DNA from: a virus
Reading direction: 5' to 3' (one strand)
Virus record (IMG/VR): IMGVR_UViG_3300043178_000025
DNA length: 64,000 bases
Of the stretch, positions 9,265 to 17,645 are shown piece after piece; the stretch's first letter is position 1, and each line of letters starts with the position of its first letter. The notes beneath the pieces were generated by a model. It had not been told where the DNA came from, did no database searches, and saw only the letters and a list, made by a program, of their open reading frames with translations. A program made the translations under genes and the position numbers.

Positions 9265-9483
9265 ATGGGAATGCGTGAAGACGTTCGCAACGGTCGGCTC
9301 AATCCCGAGAAGGCCATTGAGAAGCTGAGACGGACACCCGGGCACTCGAAGGCCATGATGGACTGGCTCGTGAACAACGGTCGCCGCCTCTACGAGAAGG
9401 CCATCGAGGACAAGGTCGCGGCTGAAGAGGCGGCGAAGCTCGCACTTGCGGAAGGGAGAGCGAAGCGTGGCAAAGAAGAGTGA
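9265..9483 (+). CDS. hypothetical protein
   Basis: 72-aa ORF in operon. Confidence 0.6.
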   Translation: MGMREDVRNGRLNPEKAIEKLRRTPGHSKAMMDWLVNNGRRLYEKAIEDKVAAEEAAKLALAEGRAKRGKEE

Positions 9484-10033
9484 CAAACCCGAAGGGCCCG
9501 TCGAAAAGGCCGACGCCGACCCGTTCATCGACCACCTCAAGGACGCCTTCGTCGATGCGGCCCTTGCGAAGGATGACGACAAGGAGCTTCAGGAGGCGAA
9601 GCAGCGGTTCGGCATCACGGATCGCGGGTCCGCTGCGTGGGCCGCTGGGAAGCTCGCTGAGGCGATGAACGAGATCGAGCGGAGGAAGAAGCAGGTCTCG
9701 GCCTACTTGCTCGACGCGCAGCGTCGGCTGGAACGGCTCGAATGGATGTTCAAGGAGCCTCTCCGGGAGTGGGCCCGCTCGAACCTCGACTACGGGAAGA
9801 GGTCCGTCCGGTTGCCCACGGCCACGCTCTCGTTCAGGGACGTTCCGGCGAAGCTCGAAGTCGTGGACGAGGATGCGCTCAAGAAGTGGGCCATCGTGGA
9901 GTGTCCCGACGCGATCACGACGGTCGAGAAGCTCCTCATGGACCCGCTCAAGGACTTCTGGACGAAGAACAGCATGGTCCCGCCCGGAGCGAAGGAGATT
10001 CCGGCGGGGGAGAGCTTCAGCATCAAGGGATAA
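9467..10033 (+). CDS. Gam-like host-nuclease inhibitor / DNA end-binding protein
   Basis: FGITDRGSAAWAAGKL, coiled coil, KRSVRLPTATLSFRDVP. Confidence 0.7.
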   Translation: MAKKSDKPEGPVEKADADPFIDHLKDAFVDAALAKDDDKELQEAKQRFGITDRGSAAWAAGKLAEAMNEIERRKKQVSAYLLDAQRRLERLEWMFKEPLREWARSNLDYGKRSVRLPTATLSFRDVPAKLEVVDEDALKKWAIVECPDAITTVEKLLMDPLKDFWTKNSMVPPGAKEIPAGESFSIKG

Positions 10034-10037
10034 GCCC

Positions 10038-10655
10038 ATGGGACGTGGAAAGGTGAGGGCGCGGGCTAGTCTCGTCTTTGGTCGCGAGGTGGATGCGACA
10101 ACGATTAAGGCTCAAAGTGAATTCATTCAGGACCTGAAGAGGCGCGATGAATTCGACCTTGTAGCTCCGTATCCGTTTCGAGTTCCACGGATCGAAGACC
10201 GCTCTTATTGGGGAACGCCATCGGATGAGTACGATTGGAGGGCCCGGTTCACGGCGGGCCATTGTCCCCGTTGGATCAATCGCACAGATGGACCGATGGC
10301 GTGGGAGGAGATCGCGTTGGTGCTCGGCGTCTATGAGACGGATGCGATCAAGATGTTCGTGACGTTTCACGAAGAGCTTGCGTTGGCTCACAGGGACCCG
10401 ATGGCGCGACTGATTCTGCGGTGGTACGAGTACGTCGATACTCATGCTCCGGGACTGCCGCGCCGTCTGGTCATGGTGAAGCTGAGGAAGTTGGTGAAGC
10501 AGGTGTGCCATGCGCGGTTCGATAAACTGAATAAGGATCAGATCAAGGATGTCATGGCCTACTTGGACGAAGAGGCTGTGGAGATTGTGTTGCCGCGTGG
10601 GAAGGCATGGGCTCCGCTCAGGGCTTTTCCTACGGGTGATAACGTGGGCGGGTAG
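10038..10655 (+). CDS. hypothetical protein
   Basis: 205-aa ORF with more AT-rich codon usage than neighbours. Confidence 0.6.
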   Translation: MGRGKVRARASLVFGREVDATTIKAQSEFIQDLKRRDEFDLVAPYPFRVPRIEDRSYWGTPSDEYDWRARFTAGHCPRWINRTDGPMAWEEIALVLGVYETDAIKMFVTFHEELALAHRDPMARLILRWYEYVDTHAPGLPRRLVMVKLRKLVKQVCHARFDKLNKDQIKDVMAYLDEEAVEIVLPRGKAWAPLRAFPTGDNVGG

Positions 10656-10664
10656 CTCGGGCAC

Positions 10665-11024
10665 ATGTCATACAAATTGCACCGCCAGCAGATCGCGTAC
10701 CAGCTTCGGTGGGTCGAGAGGCGACGGAAGAAGTTCCTCAAGGGAAAGAAGTGCGAACGGTGTGGCTCAAGGGACCACCTGACCTACAGCAAGAGGGACT
10801 CAAAGGCGAAGCTCGCCAAGATCAGTTGGTCGTGGTCCGAGGAGCGGCTCAGGAAGGAACTTCGGAACCGGCGGGTCCTGTGCTTCCTGTGCATGACGCG
10901 AAACAGGAAGCCGTTCACGCACGGAGGTAACGGGTTCTCGCGTGGGTGCAGGTGTAGGGTGTGCCGTTGGGCGGCTTCCATCCGGGAAAGGTGGCAGCGG
11001 CTCGTCCATGGCAGAAGATCGTGA
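10665..11024 (+). CDS. degenerate HNH-fold zinc-binding protein
   Basis: CERCG..ISWSWS..LCFLC..GCRCRVC scaffold; catalytic DH replaced by YS. Confidence 0.6.
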   Translation: MSYKLHRQQIAYQLRWVERRRKKFLKGKKCERCGSRDHLTYSKRDSKAKLAKISWSWSEERLRKELRNRRVLCFLCMTRNRKPFTHGGNGFSRGCRCRVCRWAASIRERWQRLVHGRRS

Positions 11025-11032
11025 GGTGAATC

Positions 11033-12085
11033 ATGGGTAGCGCGACCATCGTCTACACGCGGCGCGAATTGGAGATGCGCCAGATCAAGAGCGACGTGAG
11101 CATCGGGGACACGGAGTACCAGTTCCTGTGCGAACTCGCAGAGAAGTGGGGCGTCAGCGTCTACGCCATCGCGTGGCTCGGCGGGAAGCCGTACCCCACG
11201 CAGGCGGCGCTCTTCAAGATGTTCGACGACAAGCGCGAGAAGGAGAAGCTCATCGTCGCCGGGTGGGAGACGAAGCCGATCCAGAGGGCGACGAAGGAGG
11301 ACATCCGGGCCGGGTACGAGTGCTTCATCAGGCTCTTCGACAAGGGCTGCTTCGACGAGGCCACGAAGAAGATCGCGAAGGAGCAGATGACGGTCGAGAT
11401 GGTGGAGAAGCTCAGGGGCACCTACACCTACGTCTTCAAGGAGGAGGGCTGGGCTTCGATCCAGACCGTGCGGATGCCTGCCATGCAGAACATCGACTAC
11501 ATCAACCACATGGCGCAGACGCGGGCCATCGACCGAACGCTCCGGATCATCGTGCGCTGCCCGTACACAGCCGCAAGCGAGCTTCCGGACGGCACGCCGG
11601 ACGGCAGCGTGAGCATCCAGCAGGCGGGCCAGCAGGGTCCGGCTCCGCAGCCGCCCACGGATGAGAGCGGCGGCGTCATGCTCAGTCGTCCGAAGAGGCA
11701 GGAGCCCGTGAAGGACAACGTGAACGTCGAGATCAAGGTGGGCGCTCCTATCACGCCGCCGCCGGACGCGGCGAAGCCGTCGGAGATCAGCCCGCCCGTG
11801 AGCGTGCCTGCCGAGAAGAAGGACGAGAAGATCAATGAGAAGCAGATCGGCGCTCTCATGGGTCGCTGGGGCGAGTACGTGAAGCGCCGCATGTCCGGGC
11901 TCAAGGGACCGCAGATCGAGGCGAAGATCGACCGTCTCGTGAAGGCCCTCTACGGGCACACGTCGAAGAAGGACATCACGGTCGGCCAGCTTGCGGAACT
12001 CATGGATTTCATGGAGAAGGGCGAAATCGAGATCACGGAGGAAGAGGCCCCGAAGGAGGAGCCGAAGGTCGAGGCGAAGTCGTGA
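11033..12085 (+). CDS. putative single-strand annealing protein (RecT/Red-beta-like)
   Basis: HMAQTRAIDRTLR..TAASEL motif, proline-rich linker, helical C-terminal domain; near the Gam-like gene. Confidence 0.55.
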   Translation: MGSATIVYTRRELEMRQIKSDVSIGDTEYQFLCELAEKWGVSVYAIAWLGGKPYPTQAALFKMFDDKREKEKLIVAGWETKPIQRATKEDIRAGYECFIRLFDKGCFDEATKKIAKEQMTVEMVEKLRGTYTYVFKEEGWASIQTVRMPAMQNIDYINHMAQTRAIDRTLRIIVRCPYTAASELPDGTPDGSVSIQQAGQQGPAPQPPTDESGGVMLSRPKRQEPVKDNVNVEIKVGAPITPPPDAAKPSEISPPVSVPAEKKDEKINEKQIGALMGRWGEYVKRRMSGLKGPQIEAKIDRLVKALYGHTSKKDITVGQLAELMDFMEKGEIEITEEEAPKEEPKVEAKS

Positions 12086-12297
12086 CGCACGACTACATCA
12101 AGGCGCTCCGTCCCATCCGGGAACCGCTCTACGACACGGCCCCGATAAAGGTCCCGAAGAAGCTCGACTTCTTCGAGTTCAGGATGACGCGGAAGGTCTG
12201 GAGGACGTGGGCAAAGCGGCTTCACATTCCGCCGCTCATGGTCAGGTGTGGCATGACGGCGTTCGCCGCCGTCATTCGCTGTCGGAGAACGAAGTGA
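12082..12297 (+). CDS. hypothetical protein
   Basis: GTGA overlaps on both sides. Confidence 0.5.
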   Translation: MTHDYIKALRPIREPLYDTAPIKVPKKLDFFEFRMTRKVWRTWAKRLHIPPLMVRCGMTAFAAVIRCRRTK

Positions 12298-12737
12298 AAC
12301 GCTGGTACATCACGCAGGTACGGACCCGGAAGGCCGACGGGGACGAGCGCGAAGAGATGGGCCTTCCAAGGTATTCGTCCAAGCGCAGCCCCGAGGTCTT
12401 CATTGAGTGGACGGAGTACATGAACGTCCTCTCGCATCTCTGGCATCTGGAGCATCTCTTCGCGACCGCGTTTCGGTCCAAGAAGGACGCGCTGCGCGGA
12501 CTGGATAGGGTTCGCAACGTCATCGAGAACGAGTGCGTCACGCTGACTCTCATGGGGAAGAGCGACGAGGCATACAGGGTGAAGCTCGTTCCCGAGGACG
12601 CGACGCCGATGCGGGTTCCGAAGGACTGGCCGAAGAACCGGAGGAAAATCCCGGAGCGGCGATTCTTCAAGCCGAACCGCTGGCCGTACAGCAAGGACAA
12701 GGCGAAGGGGCGGCGTGAAGCCGTCGATGCAGAGTGA
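12294..12737 (+). CDS. hypothetical protein, weak family A similarity
   Basis: WYITQV..ATAFRSKKDAL. Confidence 0.6.
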   Translation: MKRWYITQVRTRKADGDEREEMGLPRYSSKRSPEVFIEWTEYMNVLSHLWHLEHLFATAFRSKKDALRGLDRVRNVIENECVTLTLMGKSDEAYRVKLVPEDATPMRVPKDWPKNRRKIPERRFFKPNRWPYSKDKAKGRREAVDAE

Positions 12738-13453
12738 AGGACTGGTCCAAGGCCGACGTGAAGGGCTTCTTCGACGAGTACCGCTTCCTGAGCAACTTCT
12801 GGCCCTGTGAGGTGGACTTGGACGGGGTGAAGTACCCATCAACGGAGCACGCTTATCAGGCCGCGAAGACCCTGAATCCAACCGAGCGCGAAGCGATCCG
12901 TGTCGCGGAGAAGCCGGGTAAGGCGAAGCGTCTCGGCAAGGCCGTGAAAGTACGCGACGACTGGGACCTCGTGAAGGTCCGCGTCATGAAGGACCTCGTC
13001 ACGCAGAAGTTCCAGACGTTCCCGCTCAAGGAACAGCTTCTGGGGACGGGAATAAAGGTCCTTGTCGAAGCGAACTCGTGGGGCGACCGCTTCTGGGGTG
13101 CGACGTGGGATCGTGACGGGAAGGTCCTTGTAGGCACGAATGCCCTTGGCGTGATTCTGATGCAAGTGCGTGACGACCTGCGACGCGCTCTTCCGATGCC
13201 GCAGGGCTGGCGTATTCGGAGGAGCCAGAAGGTCGTCAGCGATGAATCCTTCGCTGCCCTGTTCGCGAAGGCGGGCAGCGAGACTGAGGAGGACGTGCGG
13301 TCCTTCGTTACGTTCTGGCGACGCGAGGATACGACGTGGGCGATGCAGGGAATGGATGCGACCTGCTACGAGACCAAGGAGGAGGCAGAGAAGGACGCCT
13401 TTCTCCTTGCGACACAGCATCCGGAGTCGAACATCGACGTGGTGAGGTGGTGA
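12734..13453 (+). CDS. NADAR (YbiA-like) protein fused to a family A domain
   Basis: FLSNFWP..YPSTEHAYQAAK, LVEANSWGDRFWG, NALGVILMQVR; C-terminal CYETKEEAEKDAFLLA..HP. Confidence 0.92.
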   Translation: MKDWSKADVKGFFDEYRFLSNFWPCEVDLDGVKYPSTEHAYQAAKTLNPTEREAIRVAEKPGKAKRLGKAVKVRDDWDLVKVRVMKDLVTQKFQTFPLKEQLLGTGIKVLVEANSWGDRFWGATWDRDGKVLVGTNALGVILMQVRDDLRRALPMPQGWRIRRSQKVVSDESFAALFAKAGSETEEDVRSFVTFWRREDTTWAMQGMDATCYETKEEAEKDAFLLATQHPESNIDVVRW

Positions 13454-13791
13454 TGCCTGCGACGCGGGAGGAACTGGAGCGCAAAATCGCCGCACAGCAG
13501 GACGCTCTGGAGTTCGCGATCAACGCGGCGCAGGCAGCGAGGAGGATCATCGACCTCTACGTGCCGCACGAGATGAGAAAGCTCCGGGAGTTCACGCAAC
13601 TCTACGTCATCGTCGAGTCCGTGGCAAAACAGGACGGGTTCACGGGGCCCCGTATCGCGGCCTACGCGCATCGTTGCGGAATGCTTGAGGCTGCGGAGAT
13701 CGCGGAGCAGGTCGCGAAACGTAGTGGTCACGAAGAATGGAGAGCGGGAGCTAAAGCGGCAGCGGAAGAGATCGCAGGTAAGGTTATGTAG
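13453..13791 (+). CDS. hypothetical protein
   Basis: TGATG coupling; helical 112-aa ORF. Confidence 0.65.
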   Translation: MPATREELERKIAAQQDALEFAINAAQAARRIIDLYVPHEMRKLREFTQLYVIVESVAKQDGFTGPRIAAYAHRCGMLEAAEIAEQVAKRSGHEEWRAGAKAAAEEIAGKVM

Positions 13792-13925
13792 GCTACGCTA
13801 TCTTTATTTCGATTTAGGTAGTGTCAGCTTAGGTTGTTTTAGCTCATGTTCCGTTCGGTTCGGTTCGGTTCCATTCGGTTCGGTCCGTTAGAGTGTCCTT
13901 CGCTAAGGTTCACTTCTATTTTTTT
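13776..13925 (+). ncRNA. period-5 array upstream of the Cas7-like gene (candidate guide RNA)
   Basis: T at every 5th base from 13779 to 13924 (30/30); 10 of the 30 triplets ending on that T are GGT; includes (TTCGG)n. Confidence 0.75.
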
Positions 13926-13937
13926 TTAGGAGGTCGC

Positions 13938-14549
13938 ATGTCTACGGCAGTTGCATCGAGTCGTGTCGTGAACCGTCTGCTTCGCGTGAACGTCACCATC
14001 AAGGGTGTGACGCCCATGCTGCTCAATCGTCCGACACAGGAGCAGCTTCTGAAGATTCGGGAGAAGGAGAGATCGCCGAAGGGTGCGCCGAACGTGACGC
14101 CCCGTGAGGAGTGCGATGGAAAGGTCTACAAGGACGCAGATGGGAAGCTCTATCTTCCCGCTCACATGCTCTACGCCTGTCTCGTGAAGGCGGGACAGTT
14201 CGTGCGTCTCGATGGAAAGCGTCAGATCAGCACGGCCACGTCTACGGTGCTCCCGGCTTTCATGACCATCGACGACAAGGTCATGAAGCTGACGACGCCG
14301 GGATGGGAAGTGGACATCGCGCCCGGCAAGAACAAGGCTGGGGAGATGATTCCGCTGGTGCGGCCTCGCTTCGACGAGTGGAGCTTCAACGTGCGTGTCA
14401 CCATCGACACGCGGGAAATCGCGGAGCAGAAGATGAGGGAACTCTTCGACATCGCTGGAAAGCGGTGTGGGATGGGGTCGAATCGCCCGAACTGCAAAGG
14501 CTTTTACGGGCAGTTCGTGGTGGACTGCTGGGAGCATCTGACGGACTAG
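13938..14549 (+). CDS. stand-alone Cas7/RAMP-superfamily protein
   Basis: AGGAGG RBS; VTIKGVTPMLLNR, YLPAHMLYACLVKAG, RPRFDEWSF, and C-terminal Gly-rich loop AGKRCGMGSNRP..GFYGQFVV. Confidence 0.8.
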   Translation: MSTAVASSRVVNRLLRVNVTIKGVTPMLLNRPTQEQLLKIREKERSPKGAPNVTPREECDGKVYKDADGKLYLPAHMLYACLVKAGQFVRLDGKRQISTATSTVLPAFMTIDDKVMKLTTPGWEVDIAPGKNKAGEMIPLVRPRFDEWSFNVRVTIDTREIAEQKMRELFDIAGKRCGMGSNRPNCKGFYGQFVVDCWEHLTD

Positions 14550-14553
14550 CAGG

Positions 14554-14766
14554 TGTAAGCTCAGGTCACGTTACCTAGAGTTACGTACTGCGCTGCGAGG
14601 TAGGGTGCATTTGCATCAGGTACGTTCGGCTGACCTCGATTCTCGTCGCGTGTGCTGCTTTGGCGTTGAGTTGTGTAGTTTCAACTGACATCCCTTCGAC
14701 TGGCGTTTCGTCGCGTGTGCTGCTTTGGCGTTGAGTTGCGTAATTTTAAGTTACCTAGGTCGGTCT
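14554..14766 (+). ncRNA. period-5 array downstream of the Cas7-like gene (candidate guide RNA)
   Basis: Pyrimidine at every 5th base from 14556 to 14766 (43/43: 40 T, 3 C); 31-bp internal duplication offset by 65 bp. Confidence 0.78.
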
Positions 14767-15492
14767 ATGGGAAAAGGTAAAAGACCCGACGATCTAACCA
14801 TTAAGATCGTTGAGAAGGCCATCGGGATTCCGGCGCAAAAGTGGCATGGAAAGTGTTTCGAGATTTCCTGCCGGATCGTTCGGGCGAAGCTCGTCAACGG
14901 CGTCGCCGTGTACGGGCACTACAGGGGTTCCGTGGCGACGACGGGTTTCTGGGCTGAGAGGCGGGGGCAACTCTTCCAGCGCCACGGATGGATCGTGCTT
15001 GACGAAGCGAACGACGGACGCTACCTCGACCCGACGCTCTGGAGTTTCGAGGACAAGGAGCCGTACCTTCACATCCACGACTGTTCGCTGCACGAGTACC
15101 TCTGCACCTGCGATCACGTTACGGACGAGCATGAGTCCGGGTTCCTGTCGGCCTGTACGATCTGTGGGTGCTGCTCCTACGAGAACAAGAAGTGCGACTA
15201 CGACGAGGGCGGCAACATGCTCCGCGAGACCATGCTCATGCCCCCGCCGCCGTTCAGCAAGGAGGACCCTGTCGAGGAACTTCCCGTGCGCGGCGACGCG
15301 AAAGGCTTCGTCATGACTGCGCTCGGAAATCCGAAGGCGATTACGAGACCGATGCTCTTCTGGCTGGCGAACCTGCCCGTGAGGAAGCTCGGGCCTTACG
15401 CGCCGGACGTGTACAAGGCCCTCATCGAGCATGGAGACGACGCTCTCATCCCCATCGACAACAGGCGCATGGTTCTGGGGACCTATGGCTAA
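14767..15492 (+). CDS. hypothetical protein, possible transglutaminase/papain-like Cys-His-Asp fold
   Basis: KCFEIS..RHGWIV..YLDPT; start moved to ATG 14767 because the upstream TTG lies inside the array. Confidence 0.55.
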   Translation: MGKGKRPDDLTIKIVEKAIGIPAQKWHGKCFEISCRIVRAKLVNGVAVYGHYRGSVATTGFWAERRGQLFQRHGWIVLDEANDGRYLDPTLWSFEDKEPYLHIHDCSLHEYLCTCDHVTDEHESGFLSACTICGCCSYENKKCDYDEGGNMLRETMLMPPPPFSKEDPVEELPVRGDAKGFVMTALGNPKAITRPMLFWLANLPVRKLGPYAPDVYKALIEHGDDALIPIDNRRMVLGTYG

Positions 15493-15940
15493 GACCACCT
15501 ATCCCTACGTCATTGTCTGGGCTGCTCCGCACAGCACGCCGGGCCGTGATGACGTGTGGACGAAGAAGGGGGCGTGGGGTGCTCACTTCCGTTTCGACAT
15601 CATGAAGCTCTTCCGCACGTTGGAGAGTGCAGAGCGGGAGGCGTTCAAGTTCGCGTCGATGCGCGGCATGGTGGGAGAGGTTCGTGTCCGGCGATTCGAC
15701 GAGTTCGTGCGAGACTCCAATCTCGACGACCATATCAAGGCGTTTCAGATGCGTGTCGCCCGTAAGTGGATGCGTCGGCGTCCATTGCCGAAGTATCACG
15801 AACGCCCCGGTGATCCGATGGCTCACGGACATAACTCGGCGACGAAGGTGATCGTGACGGCGCGTGGTGGCAGGGAATACAGGTGTACGTGGTGCGACGT
15901 GAAGCTCGGCGTTCGGCGAATACCGAGGGCAGACGTATGA
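15485..15940 (+). CDS. family A domain protein with C-terminal CxxC
   Basis: YVIVW..LFRTLESAEREAFKF..GEVRV. Confidence 0.65.
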   Translation: MAKTTYPYVIVWAAPHSTPGRDDVWTKKGAWGAHFRFDIMKLFRTLESAEREAFKFASMRGMVGEVRVRRFDEFVRDSNLDDHIKAFQMRVARKWMRRRPLPKYHERPGDPMAHGHNSATKVIVTARGGREYRCTWCDVKLGVRRIPRADV

Positions 15941-16470
15941 TCGGCGCGTTCTTCGTTGACGGCGCGAGCATCTCGATCAGCCTGACGCAGCAGGGCAGGC
16001 CGCTTCTGCCGAAACGTATCGACTACGACCGCCTGCCCATTGTCGTGCGTGCGATCATCCGGGAGAGGGAGAAGCTGCCGCAGCCCATTGAGTGGCGCTT
16101 CAAGAACTACTACGTCGCCTACAAGGGCGTCGAGGACGTGGGCAAAGACACGTTCATTGAGAAGATCAAGCGGTGGGGCTGGTCCGTGCAGGAATTCATG
16201 GCGAAGCAGTACCGCGACGGCCATTGGCGCGACAAGCAGGTGGACATCGCTCTGGCTCTGGACGCCTACGATGTGATCCGGTCGGGCAGCGCGGGCGTGA
16301 TCGTCATGGGCACGCACGACAGCGACTTCGCCGCGCTCATGAAGAAGCTGCCGGGGAACGTCGTGAAGTACGTGATCGGCTGGTCGGACATGATGGCCCG
16401 GGAGCTTCGAGAGGTAGCGAAGCCGATCTACCTCGACGAGATATACCAGAAGATCAAGTACGAGCCGTGA
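15937..16470 (+). CDS. NYN-domain (LabA/DUF88 PIN-like) ribonuclease
   Basis: FFVDGAS, KQVDIALALD, THDSDFAAL. Confidence 0.85.
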   Translation: MIGAFFVDGASISISLTQQGRPLLPKRIDYDRLPIVVRAIIREREKLPQPIEWRFKNYYVAYKGVEDVGKDTFIEKIKRWGWSVQEFMAKQYRDGHWRDKQVDIALALDAYDVIRSGSAGVIVMGTHDSDFAALMKKLPGNVVKYVIGWSDMMARELREVAKPIYLDEIYQKIKYEP

Positions 16471-16754
16471 AGTACGTCATCGTCATCAATAGGTGGGGTT
16501 GCCGCTGGTACTTCACAGGCTCTACGCTCAACGAGATGTGGAAGCAGAAGGACGGCGTGCTTCCGACGTTTAGCAGAGCGAAGCGGTATGGCACGAAGGA
16601 GTTCGCGGAGCGGGCTGCGTTCAAGCTCTCCGTTCAGTTGCTCTCGGAAACTGGAGCGACAACGTGCTGGATCGAAACGGTTGCCGACGCGGAGAAGTAC
16701 GAGCGGCGTGAAGCTCGGACATTCCGTGAGGACTTGAAGAAGGGTCTGCGATGA
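16467..16754 (+). CDS. small protein, paralog family A
   Basis: KYVIVI..AKRYGTKEFAERAAFKL. Confidence 0.65.
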   Translation: MKYVIVINRWGCRWYFTGSTLNEMWKQKDGVLPTFSRAKRYGTKEFAERAAFKLSVQLLSETGATTCWIETVADAEKYERREARTFREDLKKGLR

Positions 16755-16837
16755 CCACTACGCATAGTGTTTTTGGGCGAGCACCGCCTCAACAGGTCGT
16801 GGGCCAAAAGTTTTTGCGCGACGACCTCGAAAGGTGC

Positions 16838-16865
16838 TTGACTCCGTGAGATCGCCGCGTAGAAT
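16838..16865 (+). promoter_or_regulatory. sigma70-type promoter
   Basis: TTGACT-16 nt-TAGAAT in an intergenic gap. Confidence 0.65.
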
Positions 16866-16985
16866 TCGGATCGCCTCGTCGTCGGACGACTGGAGACCGT
16901 TCGGCGTGTCCCAAACATTCGTGTCCCGGTCCTGCGGTGCCGCATCGACATCTCCACGTACCGCTGGGCCGCGTCGGAGGGAGCC

Positions 16986-17501
16986 ATGTCTGAGTTTCAG
17001 GTAGACTTCAAGGGTGTCGTAGACCGTTCGGACTTCGAGGGCGGAACCTACAGCTTCGAGGTCTCGAAGACCGAGGGTGACAGCGGGCCGAACGGCCCGT
17101 ACATCCGGATCACGCTGACCTTCATCGACGGGAAGTACGCGGGCCTGCACACCGAGGACATCGTGAGCCTCGCGCCGAAGGCGCTCTGGCGGGCGAAAGC
17201 GTTTCTCAAGGCCCTCGGCTACGAAGTGCCGGACGGTCCGTTCCGCTTCAAGAGCGAGGACCTCGTCGGCCTGCGCTTCAAGGCCGTGTGCAACCGCGAG
17301 GTCGATCCGGCGGGGAAGTATCCGCCGAAGCTGCGCGTCAATGAGTACCACCTGATCGACTGGGTCGAACCGCCTTCGCAGAGCCCGGCCCCGGAGGGAG
17401 GGTCTGCTGCGCCCAGCGCGGGAGGGAACGGGGAGGCCGTTGCGCCGCCCCCGCCGCCCCAGCCGCCTGTGGCGGTGAGCCGCCCCAAGCTCAAGGTGTA
17501 G
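16986..17501 (+). CDS. DUF669-like OB-fold ssDNA-binding protein
   Basis: GGAGG RBS; EGGTYSFEV..GPYIRITLTF..ALWRAKAFLKALG..EDLVG; Pro-rich tail. Confidence 0.7.
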   Translation: MSEFQVDFKGVVDRSDFEGGTYSFEVSKTEGDSGPNGPYIRITLTFIDGKYAGLHTEDIVSLAPKALWRAKAFLKALGYEVPDGPFRFKSEDLVGLRFKAVCNREVDPAGKYPPKLRVNEYHLIDWVEPPSQSPAPEGGSAAPSAGGNGEAVAPPPPPQPPVAVSRPKLKV

Positions 17502-17506
17502 GGGCG

Positions 17507-17540
17507 GGGCCCTTGGAAGGTCCTCTTCCAAGGTCCCTTT
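17507..17540 (+). terminator. putative intrinsic terminator
   Basis: CCTTGGAAG/CTTCCAAGG stem followed by a short T run. Confidence 0.45.
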
Positions 17541-17645
17541 CCGGAGGGGCTGTGCTCGTCGGACACGACTAACTCTCTCGACCGGATGAGCGTGGTCCCT
17601 TCGGAAAAGGACCTTTGAAGTACCCGATGGAGAGCCGAGGGGGAA

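Noticed and set aside
13850-13885. Simple (TTCGG)n microsatellite
   Set aside because: It is only the most regular part of a 150-bp period-5 pattern mirrored by a second array on the other side of the gene.
13938-14549. Complete type I, III or IV CRISPR-Cas locus
   Set aside because: Neighbours are unrelated hypothetical genes; no Cas5, Cas6, large subunit, DinG or repeat-spacer array nearby.
14725-14766. N-terminal extension of the 14725-15492 ORF, and ORFs 13685-13891 / 13893 start
   Set aside because: These frames run through the periodic arrays; ATG 14767 and ATG 13938 (with AGGAGG) are the better starts.
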